Below, in pieces: positions 24,944 to 35,987 of a DNA stretch of 64,000 bases. Made by a program: the position numbers and the translations under genes. The notes under the pieces were generated by a model that was not told the origin of the DNA, made no database searches, and was given only the letters and a program-made list of their open reading frames with translations. The DNA comes from Callorhinchus milii (Eukaryota): positions 12,898,001 through 12,962,000 of the forward strand of contig NW_024704743.1 in assembly GCF_018977255.1 (NCBI RefSeq), in the 5' to 3' direction. The number at the start of each line of letters is the position of its first letter. The stretch's first letter is position 1.

Positions 24944-25409
24944 CTGCAATGTAACACAACAGAAAGGTCAAAAACGCACCATCACTGACACAGTCAGAGA
25001 AACCATTGCTTAAATATCCCAGCTGAGGTGTGAACATCCGCTGATGTTCTGTTAGCTTGTCTGTCAGACATCAAGGCCTAGAGGAGCCCAAACTTTACTA
25101 ATGTAGTATTGTGCTGCCAGTTGTTATAGTTATGTGTGATAGTTATGTTTGCTCCCATTATTGTATATCTTCCATTGTTGTGTTCCTTATATACAAGGTA
25201 GCCTAGGGTTGCTAGGTTTTAATAAAGAGCTATTGTTTCTACTAAATGTATCATGTACTAAATGTGTGTTTCTCTGACTTGGTTGAGTCACCTTTGAAAT
25301 AGGGACTCACACCAACAGGGTTAGAAGAGAAGCAGAGACTACTATTTGAACAGACATCATGGGGTGAGAACCATTGTAGTACCTCACATCCAATGCAGAC
25401 AAAATCCTC

Positions 25410-25927
25410 CTGTCTTGACTACTCCAATGTTCTCCTCAATGGTCTCCACTTACCCACAAACTACAACTGATTCAGAACTCTGCCTCCCGTATACTCACCC
25501 ACACTAAACTCCATGCCCCCATCACATCAGTTCTTGCCAGGCTCCACTGGCTCCCTATCATAGAACAGATTGATTTCAAGATCCTCTCACTCATCTACAA
25601 ATCCCTTCATGCCCTGTCACCTCCCTACCTTTCCAATCTGCTTTCTCCCCAATCCATTACCCGCTGCCTCCGGTCGGCTGGCACTGGCCTCCTGCTCATC
25701 CTTTGTCCCCTTCACCTTCAGCGACTGTGCTTTAGCCATTATGCAATGAAGCTTTGGAACTCTCTTCTTCCCTCTGCCTTACCCCTCTTTAAGATCAAGA
25801 CTGAAGACCATGCTTACAGTCACCTACTCTCTCCCCCTGGCTTGGCATTAGGCTCCGCCACTGTGAAGCGCTCCGAGACATTGCCCCGCATGAAGGGCGC
25901 TATATAAATGCAAGTTGTTGTTGTTGT
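25410..25927 (+). mobile_element. L2 3' fragment
   Basis: LDYSNVLL...ARLHWLPIIEQIDFKIL; aatgcaagttgttgttgttg tail. Confidence 0.88.
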
Positions 25928-26166
25928 CCATCCAAACTACTAATGGATGTTATTGATCTTGTGGACTTATTGCAAAATAGAATGAAGTTTCCATTATCCC
26001 AGCCAACAATCCTCCAGGTCAAATAGGTTATAAATAGGCTTTTGGTGTGTGAAACATGTTTGCTGCAATGGTGCTTCACGTGACAATGATTACTGTGAAG
26101 TGTTTTTTGATGAGGTGCTATAAAAATGCAAGCTGCTTCTTTCTCCTAGTCGATGTGCAACCTTAC

Positions 26167-26459
26167 ATTAAATAACTCGAGTGTAACTCATGAACATGTG
26201 TAGAAAGCCTTAATGCTTCTTGCACAAAAAGAGCTTCATAAATAACATGAAGAAACACAAATAGTAGTGGAAATCTCAGTCTGTCCAGATGCATTACCAA
26301 AGCAGGAACTGCTGCATGGTATTTGTTGTTTTTTGGAATTGTTTTCCAGAAATTCTGGAATAAATCAGCAGATGGCATATGCAGATGACTGATTACAACA
26401 ACAATGCAGGTCACAGCTGGGGGCGATCTTCCTTTGCTTGGAACATTCTCCATGTGCTT
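26167..26459 (-). CDS. Exon of the unnamed gene (N-terminal, gasdermin-like domain)
   Basis: aaacag|AAG ... TTAAT|gtaagg, 293 nt, phase 0 to 2, open throughout (ORF 26163-26453); unique, non-repeat sequence. Confidence 0.75.
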
Positions 26460-28110
26460 CTGTTTGTATTAAACTGCACTTCAAGTGACCTGTGACATTC
26501 CATGTGCACCTATAAATTTCACAACACAAACTAACCACCTAAGTTGTCATAAAATGCATATAAATGCATGATAATTACAGTTTATAAATGCACTATATGT
26601 GGGTGAAAAGGCAACATTTCATTGTATTTCTCACCTCGTATTTTCAAAAGTGCTATGGTACTTGGTTCTGAAGAACACAATCTAGTTTCCTAAATGAATA
26701 GGAATTTTATCTTTTTGTGAAAAAAATTGGAGACATGCCATATTTTGCTCTGTTTTAACGATTAAAATCTGACCCCCTGCCCATGCAGACTCCATCCTGT
26801 CTGCTTAGCTTCACTGTCAACCTCCATTAATGAAAACAAGTTTGCTAAACTAGTTCATTTCTATCTCACATATAAAGTTCCACCAATGACTGGTTTCTCA
26901 ATGCATTCCAAGGGAATTGTGCACAGGTAGCTGTATTCTACAAGCTCATCCATCAAGTATTTTGCTTAGAATGTTTTATTTATCTTAAAAAAGACAAAAA
27001 AAACTTATGATAATCTTTGCTTTTGATATAGTACCTTATCATAACACTGAAATGTCTCAAAGCGCCTCACGGGATTTGTTGTAGAGTTTAGTGACTGTGT
27101 ATTTGTTTGGCGAACTAAGCAGTTAATTTACACACAGCAATGTTCCCAATGAAGTCAATGACTAACTTTATCTGGGAATGGTGGCCAGTATATTCGGAGA
27201 AACTCCCTTCTCATTTTGAATCCAACTTAACAGTCCATCACCAGATTTAGCTGGACCACACTAAAATCTATTGCTCCACTTTTGCCTCATCTAAATCGTC
27301 TTTCTACTCCAGGATCATCCTGGTGCCCAAGGACAAGCTCAGGCTCCTCTTCTTCATCAAAACCCAGCTCCTTCCTTCCAATGCCCTACCCATCTTCTCC
27401 TTTAACTCCAAATGTAAGGAGATGATTGACTTCTTCAAGTCCAAAATCAAGAAGATCTGATCTGCTGCCTCTGCCCTTGCTACAGCCACCCATTTCTCTC
27501 TTCCACTCCGGCCTCCACCCATTCATCACTGACCCACCCGCTAGTGGAAATAGTTTCTCCTTGTTCACCCTATCGAATCTCCTCATAATTTTGAAAACTT
27601 CTATTAAGTCTCCTCTTAACCTTCTCTGCTCCGAGGAGAATAATCCCAGCTTCCCTAGCCTCTCCTGATAACTGGAGTCCCTCATTCTTGATACCATCCT
27701 GGTAAATCTCCTTTGCACCCTCTCCAATGTCTTAACATCCTTTTCTAAAGTGTGGTGCCCAGAACTGTACACATTACTTTAGCTGAGGCCTAACCAGTGT
27801 TTTATAAAGGTTCATCATAACTTCCTGACTTTTGTATTCTATGCCCCTATTTATAAAGCCTAGTATCCTGTATGCTTTTTTAACAGCTTTATCTACCTGT
27901 CCTGCACCTTCAAAGATTTACTTATATGAACCCTCAGATCTCTCTGTTCCTTCACCCCCATTACAATTGTACCATCAGCTGATATTGCCTCTCCTCATTC
28001 TTCCACCCAAAATGCATCACTTCACACTTATCCACATTAAACTTCATCTGCCACGTGTCGGCCCATTTTACCAGTCTGTCTAACTCCTCTTGCAGTCTGC
28101 TACATTCCTC

Positions 28111-28425
28111 TTAATAATAATAATCCTTGCATTTCATATAGCGCTTTTCACGTCGGGAGGACGTCCCAAAGCGCTTCACAGAACACACTGTAAAGTGAAT
28201 TGACTGTATATTTGTGGGCGAACGCGGCAGCCAATTGCGCACAGCAATGCCCCACAGACAGTCGTAGATTGAAAATGACCAATTTATTATTGTTTTTGGT
28301 TTTGGAGGGATTATTATTAGGCGTGTGGAGTAAGGAAACTTGCCCAAGGTTTCGCCCTGCCTGGAATTGAACTCAGGTCTCTCGCTTGCAAAGCGAGTGC
28401 TCTAACCACTGAGCTACAGGACTCC
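28111..28425 (-). mobile_element. Young full-length tRNA(Ala)-headed SINE inserted in CR1
   Basis: Head ggagtcctgtagctcagtggttagagcactcgctttgcaagcgagag (A box, anticodon TGC, B box); core tgtgcgcaattggctgccgcgtt; L2-like 3' end; (tta)n tail. Confidence 0.93.
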
Positions 28426-28710
28426 AAAAGGACTCTTCACTGTTTACTACTTTTCCTAGCTTAGTATCATCTGCAAACTTGGAAATTGTACTCCTATACC
28501 CAAGTCCAGGTCATTTATATAGATCAAAAACAACAGTGGTCCCATTACCGACTCCTGGGGACACCACTGCACACTTCCCTCCAGTCAGAAAAACGACCGT
28601 TCACCACCATTCTCTACTTTCTGTCTCCCAGCCAGTTCTGTATCCATGCTGCCACTGTCCCTTTAATACCGTGGGCCTCTATTTTGCTTACAAGTCTCTT
28701 ATGTGACACT

Positions 28711-29212
28711 TCCTACGTGTCCTCTCCCGCACTAGGCTCCGCGACCCTATCAACCCCATCCTTGCTCAACTCCACTGGCTTCCCATCACACAGAGAATTC
28801 AAAATCCTGGTCCTCACCTTCAAAGCCCTCCATGGTCTTGCTCCCCCCTACCTCTGGGACCTCCTAACACCCTACCATCTTGGTCGCTTCCTCCACTCAA
28901 AGGGCTCTGGCGTGCTTCATGTCCCCTGCCTCGTTCTCCCCACTATTGGTGGGCGGACCTTCCGCCACTCTCCCCCACCTTCTAGAACTCCATTTTGCAG
29001 TCCCTCCATCTCGTCCATTGCTCACCACTTTCAAGACCCATCTCAAACCCCTCCTTTTTGACCGTACTTTCGATTTCCCAACTTTACCCCCCTGCCTGCC
29101 ACCCTCACTGACCTCTGAACTCCACCTCGGGTGCATAACTCTGTGCGTCCAGCGCCTTGAGACATTCTCCCGACATGAAAGGCGTTTTACAAATATAATT
29201 TTGTTGTTGTTG
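28711..29212 (+). mobile_element. L2 3' fragment nested in CR1
   Basis: FKILVLTFKALHGLAPPYL; tail aatataattttgttgttgttg; CR1 resumes at ~29213. Confidence 0.9.
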
Positions 29213-29779
29213 CTTATCAAATGCCTTTTGAAAATCTATATAAACTACATCAACTGCACTAACTTCATTCAGTCTTCTCCGTTACTTCAGGAAGAAACTC
29301 GATCAGGTTTGTTAGACACGATTTGCCTTTAACAAGTCCGTGTTCGCTGTCCTTTATTAACCCATATTTTTCTAAGTAAAAATTTATTTTGTCCTGGAAT
29401 ATAGTCTTTAGAAGTTTCCCCACTACTGACGTTAGACTGACTGGTCTGCAGTTCCCAGGTGTATCCTTTTGCCCCTTTTTGTACAGGGGAGTAACATTTG
29501 CAACCCTCCAGTCCTCTCGCATCACCCAGGTGTCCAAGGAGGATTGAAAGATTGTGGCCAGAACCTCTGTTATTTCCATCCTTACTTCTCTCAATAACCT
29601 AGGATGCATCCTGTCTGGACCGAATGACTTCTCTACCTCGAGCACCGTCAACCTTTTTAGTACCTCCTCTCGGTTTATTCTTATCTTATCCAATTTCTCT
29701 AGCCTCTCCTCCGATACTGTGGCATTGGCTGCATCCTCTTCTTTTGTGAACACAGATGCAAAGATATAAATTTCCATGT

Positions 29780-30630
29780 GGTTAATTTCCACAGGTATGT
29801 GAATGTCAACCAACTCTACCTCTGCCTCGATTCCAGGACCTTTGTTGTTCTGACCAATTGCCTGCCAGACATCAAGTCCTGGATGAGGGCTAACATTCTT
29901 CAGTCAACAAGAATGCCCTCCTGCTTGGCTCCCATCAGTGCTTTCTCACCTCAGGCGCTGACAGCATCAATGTTGACAGCATCTAAGCAGATGCACATTC
30001 CACCTCACAGAGTGAATGTGGAACTTCGGTGTCTCGTTCATCTGTCCTTGAAATCCCACATCCATGCTCTGACCCTTTCAACTTTCCCCCACCTGCAAAT
30101 ATTGTCTGCCTCTTCCACTGCTTATCACATCCAGGCTAGATTATGCCAATTCTCTGCTTGAGGGACTTCCCAACTCTTTCCTCCACAAGTTGCAGACCAT
30201 CCAGAATTCTACAGTTTGTGTCCTCTCCCGCACTAGGATCCACTAGCCCATTAACCCCATTCTCGCTTGGCTCCACTGGTTCCTCATCCCCTAGAGGATT
30301 GAGTTATAGATCTTCATACTCAATGTTAAATCCCACCATGGTTTTGCCTCACCCTAACTCTGTGACCTTTCTTAAGTCTTACCTACTGCCCGCTCCATCC
30401 ATTGTCCTGCTTCACGTACCATCATTGATAGTTGGGCGTTCAGCCTATCTAACTCCACTCTCTGGAACTCCATTCCCAAGTCCCTTAATGTTGCCCCTAC
30501 CCTTGACTTCCTCAAGGTCCGTCTCAAAACCTTCCTATTTGACTGCAGCTTTGGATATCTTCCTCCCTACCCTGCCCCCTTGGCCTTGACCCCTCAGAAA
30601 TCCGGCCCCCAGCTCAGGTACAAACCTTGA
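29780..30630 (+). mobile_element. Old L2 3' fragment
   Basis: [12 protein letters not shown] and degenerate downstream L2 sequence. Confidence 0.85.
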
Positions 30631-30851
30631 CTCTCCTCTGATCTGCATTGACTGCAAGAAAGCGACTATGATATATGGAAATCGGAGGGAAGCTCACAAT
30701 CCCAAAGCCTTGTGAAGGCTGTTAAGCAGTCAGTGATTTCTTTCTGTTCTTTTGTTTGACTTCATGTGACTTTTAATAAAATTACAACTTGAAACCAGAA
30801 TACCAGGGTGAATCGCAAACTGGAAGCCACTATTTGTGCCATAACCCATAC

Positions 30852-30940
30852 TTTGTAAACCCTATATTTTTCAACTTCAACTGAAATAGATCTTATCTTG
30901 CGAAACATCTTGCAATCAGGATGCAATTGCAATATGAATT
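30852..30940 (-). CDS. Exon of the unnamed gene (N-terminal domain)
   Basis: tgtatttag|AA ... TACAAA|gtatgg, 89 nt, phase 1 to 0; reads FILQLHPDCKMFRKIRSISVEVEKYRVYK; phases fit both neighbours. Confidence 0.65.
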
Positions 30941-31019
30941 CTAAATACATTTTTTACGTGCTTTGTGGTCAGCTCATGTTATTGTTTTTCATGTCATATA
31001 TTACATTGAAATAGATAGA

Positions 31020-31510
31020 ACATTACCTAATGGAAACAGCCCATGGGATAATATGCTGATGACAGCACAGCCGGCCTGGCTCTTCAGCAGGACTCGGAAG
31101 GGTAGATCAGTCAATGGGGGAAGGGAATCATCCCACTCAGCTCCTGTTAACCCTGCAAGCCAAAGTCCAAACAGTAGGGTGGTCCTAGCTGGACAAGCAG
31201 TGGGAAAGCTTGCCAGACAGTGATAACAATGGCAAGCTACGAGGTTTTAGCTGGTTAGACTCCAGGAGTATCCCAACGCACACTCTGGGGTCCCCAAGCC
31301 TTGGCTCTTGCCAACCTATGCCTATTACCTTCTGGAATTAGGTAAGCAGGATGCATCCCTCCAGGAAGAGAGTGTGCATTGCATTCCAACAATCTATCTC
31401 TGAAATTTCCATGTGTAGGTGGGATGCATGGAATTCTGAATTCAGTTTGGATTCTCTTAAGCATAATGATGGGTTTCCACATGTATCAGACACCTTCTGA
31501 CCAAAAAGAA
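31020..31510 (+). repeat. Unclassified ~500 bp old interspersed repeat
   Basis: Homologous segments at ~20950-21330 (+), ~34130-34570 (-), 18461-18560 and 50545-50592; shared strings such as agtagggtggtcctagctggacaagcag and cttaagcatrrtgatgggtttccrcatgtrtcagaca. Confidence 0.75.
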
Positions 31511-31902
31511 ACAGCCCATTCGCCCCACCTAGTCCATGTTAGTGTTTATACTCTACATACATACGACCGTCACCCCTCCTAATCCCCTATCCTATACCCT
31601 TCTATTCCCTTTTCCGTCATGTATACATCAAATTTCCTTTTAAATACATTGATGCTTTTTGCTTCAACGACAGCTGTCTGTAGTGAGTTCTGTATTCTTA
31701 CCACCCTCTACATAAATAAGTTCCTCCTAAATTCTCTAGATCTACTGGTGGCTATCATATTTATGCACCAACTTTTTGGGCTCACCGACGAGTTACTTTA
31801 TAATGTGATCAAAATATATCAAAAAGTAAGCACTCAGTAGACATGTTCTCGGTCACAAAATGGAAAAACACGGATACTTTCCTTTCTGCAACAACTATTA
31901 AC

Positions 31903-32139
31903 TTGTTTTTTTTAAAAAAACAATGTTTCCCTGAGCAAGAACTGAACATAATAGCTTCAGTTCAAAGAATGGTGGGGTATAATGTTGCAGTTGAATAAAC
32001 AATTTAAATGGCTCTGCAGAATTACTTAGAAATACATTGTGACCATCACCTTCAAAGAGTCCGAGCACCCATTTTGTTTCTATGTTTGTTGTCACTTGTT
32101 CAGGTTCAGTAGCCTGAAATGCAGTGGTAATCGATGCTG
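31903..32139 (-). CDS. First large coding exon of the unnamed gene (alternative acceptor at 32113)
   Basis: attctttcag|CA (phase 1) or gcatttcag|GCT (phase 0); donor ACAA|gttaat (phase 1); reads ASITTAFQATEPEQVTTNIETKWVLGLFEGDGHNVFLSNSAEPFKLFIQLQHYTPPFFELKLLCSVLAQGNIVFLKKT. Confidence 0.7.
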
Positions 32140-32539
32140 CTGAAAGAATTTTGTAACATGGTTACTCCGTTGCACGTTTGTTTGTACTGCCTTCACTCAT
32201 TTACCATGGGAGACTGACAGCTGAAGTGAGACAGATTATCTGACAAGATGCCTTTTTTTTGCTCGAGCTCCTTTGGACAATGTGACGCAAGAGGCGATGA
32301 AAGCTGCAGGCAGAGTTTCAGTAACTGAGTGCTGAACAACTTTCCCAAAGTGTTAAATGTGCTCTCAGCCTGTGCTGAAGTACTGACAGAGAGTGCTGAT
32401 TACTGGGATGTCTTGTGGGGTCGCTCATTCAATGCCAGTGTCATTCTATGACACTGACATCAGCTAGTGATTCCCTGTTGTGAATGGAAACCAACCCAAA
32501 ATGGTGAAAACTAATTGAAAGTTCATTTGCTGTGATGTC

Positions 32540-33470
32540 ATAGAATCTTAGAATAATAGATTTACACAGCAGAAGGAGGCCATTTGGCTCATTGTGTCTG
32601 TGCCTGTTCTTTTAAAAGAGCTATCCAAATCAATCCCACTCCACCGCACTCTCCCCATAGCCCTGCAAACTTGATCTCCACAAATAATTATCTACTTCAA
32701 TCTTAAAAGTTGTTATCGAATCGGCTTCCACCGCCCTTTCAGGCAATGCATTCCAGATCCAAACAACTCGTTGTGTGAAAAAATAAAGCCTAGTATCCTG
32801 TATGTTTTTTAACAGCTTTATCTACCTATCCTGCCACCTTCAAAGATTTACTTATATGAACCCTCAGATCTCTCTGTTCCTTCACCCCATTTAAGATTGT
32901 ACCATCAGCTTATATTGCCTCTCCTCATTCTTCCTCCCAAAATGCATCAATTCACATTTATCCACATTAAACTTCATCTGCCACGTGTCGGCCCATTTTA
33001 TCAGTCTGCCTATGTCCATTTGCAGTCAACTACTATCCTCCTCACTGTTTACTACTTTTCCTGGCTTAGTATCATCTGCAAACTTTGAAATTGTACTTCC
33101 TATACCCAAGTCCAGGTCATTTATATAGATCAAAAACAGCAGTGGTCCCAATATCGACTCCTGGGGAACACTATTGCACACTTCCCTCCAGTCAGAAAAA
33201 CAACCATTCACCACCACTCTCTGCTTTGTCTCCCAGCCAGTTCTGTATCCATGCTGCCACTGTCCCTTTAACACTGTGGGCTTCTATTTTGCTTACAACT
33301 CTCTTATGTGGCACTTTATGAAACACCTTTTGAAAATCCATGTAAACTACATCAACTGCACTACCTACAACCACCCTCTCCATTACTTCATCAAAAATCT
33401 CTATCAGGTTTGTTAGACATGATTTGTCTTTAACAAATCCATGTTGGCTATCCTTTATTATGTCCATTCA
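32540..33470 (-). mobile_element. CR1 3' portion with internal deletion
   Basis: SQHGFVKDKSCLTNL, FADDTK; CR1 3' UTR at 32540-32780. Confidence 0.92.
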
Positions 33471-35078
33471 CCTTTCCTAAGTAGGGGAATACTTAGGCAT
33501 GTGTACCTCATCCACATAGAAGGAAACAGAAGTTAGAAGAATATATTTGCACTGAGCATTGTTGGAATGTGAGCTGCCAAACTTTAATTTGTCTGCTGAC
33601 ATCAAATCCATAAAATGTTGTGCAAGTGTTTGTCCAATTCTAAAAGGGAAGTGGACAAATACTTGAGGAAAAGTAATATGAAAAGGCACAGGGAATGAGC
33701 AAAGGAGAGAGTTTTGAGGAGTAACTTCTGTCATGGTGCTAAAGTTAACTGAGGGAGCTCCATCCCCTATGCTGGAACTACTTGTTGGAGTTAACCCACC
33801 CTCACAACAACTTAGTCTGTACATCTGACCGATCTGTAATTACTTGTGAAGTACTTTGAAATGTCCCAATCCTTGACTGTCCAGTGCCTTGGGACACCCT
33901 CCCAACGTCAAAGGCGCTTTACAGATCTAATTTGTGGTTGTATCAGAATGATGAGTAGCTGTAGAATGCAAGTTCTTTCTTTCTTACTCATTTTCTTCAA
34001 TCACAACCCAAGTTAAGTATTCTGTTCACATTTATAATGAATCCTCTCTAATACACCAATGTCATTATGCAGCGGGAAAGGAGAGTAGCAAGATATTTTG
34101 GTTAACTGTAATGACATATAGAGAACCCTATCTCTATGTTTAAGTGTATCCAAACCAGACTGAGAATTTCACATATGTATGCCACCTACACATTGAAATT
34201 TCCCTGTAATGGAGTGCACACTCTCTCCCTAGAGAGACACATCTGCTTACCTAATTCTGGAGAGCATAAAGTGCAGATCACTGAGAGCCAAGCCTTGTGG
34301 ACCCTAGAACACGTGTTGGAATACTCCTGGAGTTAAACCAACTAGAATCGCATAGTTTGCCATTGAGAGGGCTGTCTGATAAGCTTCCTGCTGCTTGCCC
34401 AGCTTGGACCACCCTACCCGTTAGGGCTTTAGTTTGCAGTGTTAATGGGAGCTGAGTGAGAAGAATCCCTGCCCCCCAGTGACTGGTCTGCCCCTCCAAG
34501 TCCAGCTGATGAGTCAGGTTTGCTGAGCTGTGATCAGCAGTGACATGGAGTGCTGCAGGTACAAGGTCTCCTCTGGCTATGTTGAAATACTCATGATACT
34601 ATATAAAAATGAAGGGAGTTTCACCTGGTGTCCTGACCAGCAATTCTCCAGTTAAATTGGTCATTTATTTCCAAGCTGTTTGTTGTATGCAAAATTAGCT
34701 GCAGTATTCGCCTACAAATATATAATCACTGTACTTAACCGTATTTACTGTGAGATGTTTCAACGTGACGAGGTTTTGCTATTGCTATTTCAAATGCAAG
34801 GATTGTATTATTCCACTAAGTTATTTCTTCATTAAAAGCATCACTTGTAAAACTTTCTTAAATGCCTTTGAAAATCCAGTTATATTAGATGTTGGTTAAC
34901 AATGCCCACTAATGTGACTACCAACTCAAAGAATTCCAAAAGATTCATGAGGCATGATGTACTGCTTCTTAAAATATATTGGACACTCTTTATTGGCTGC
35001 TGTGCTTTTTGGATGAATATTGATAGAATGTTGTATAATATTCTCAAGCATTTTTCTCAATTTAGATGTCAGGCTTAC

Positions 35079-35155
35079 CCATGTTTGCACTGAAATTAAA
35101 TTCCAATGAGGAGAAGTCAGATATTACATTGAATGAGATCAACTTCCAATTTATT
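35079..35155 (-). CDS. Candidate start-codon exon of the unnamed gene (ATG at 35082-35080)
   Basis: cgcattttgactttcag|A ... gcaaacATGG|gtaagc; good Kozak context; phase 1 joins the 32139 acceptor to give MAASITTAF. Confidence 0.4.
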
Positions 35156-35987
35156 CTGAAAGTCAAAATGCGAATGGTAGCTATTGGATTAGAGACTCTT
35201 TTGACCCAGAGACAGAGTGGAACCAATTGAGCTGAGCCAATACTAGCCACAATCCCCCAAATAAAATTGATCGCTCACTCCATGACTGTTTGTGAGATAT
35301 TCCTGTATGCAAATTGGCTGCTGTTATCGTCCCCAAAATACACTGTAACACTACTTTGCAATATATCATGTGAGGTACTTTGAGATATCTTGATGATGTG
35401 ATACAGGACTAAATAAAATGCAAGGATTGTTATTTCTACCTAACAGCCAAAAGGAAACATTACTGAATCCTTGCTCTATTATTTATATAATTAAGGGCAA
35501 CAGTTTTTTTTGTCAATTAAAATTGCTTACAATTGAGCTCATAGTCTACGCTAACACTCCAGGACAGTGCTGAGAAATACACATTTTGGAAATGCCATCT
35601 TTTGGATAAGATGTTAAAAACACATATTTTTCCCTGTTTATGTTAAAGATCCCATGACCCTGTTCCAAAAGAGAAGGGGTTTTAGTATGATGTCCTGACC
35701 AACAATTCTCTTGATAAATTGGAAATTCATTTTATGGCTTTTTGCGAGACTTATGCACCTGGTAGCATATACAGTAAACTCCTGATAACAAGACCCTGTC
35801 TTATTTGTTGCATTTTGTTTTAATGACTCAGTTGACAATAGGACATTAACAATAAGAAGTGAGCAAGTATAAAAAGGATTCTGGGAAAGTGACTGAGCAG
35901 ATTGTGGAAGAGAGTGGAAGTGTAAGGTTTAAATAAAGGAACAGTGAATCTAAGACTGTGTTCTGGATTTACAAACATTACATTAAC

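Larger units (their letters stand above)
27523..29765 (-). mobile_element. CR1 LINE RT/3' portion with nested SINE and L2
   Basis: FASVFTKEED, GPDRMHPRLL, RPVSLTSVVGK, SCLTNLIEF, LERVQRRFTRM. Confidence 0.95.

Noticed and set aside
33477..33824. 115-aa minus-strand ORF upstream of the gene
   Set aside because: Its middle is antisense CR1 3' sequence; no supportable splice chain.
6072..35155. Assigning a known symbol (GSDME, PJVK, UNC5CL, PIDD1, DTHD1) to the gene
   Set aside because: The sequence does not match any of these closely and the domain combination differs; symbol left blank.
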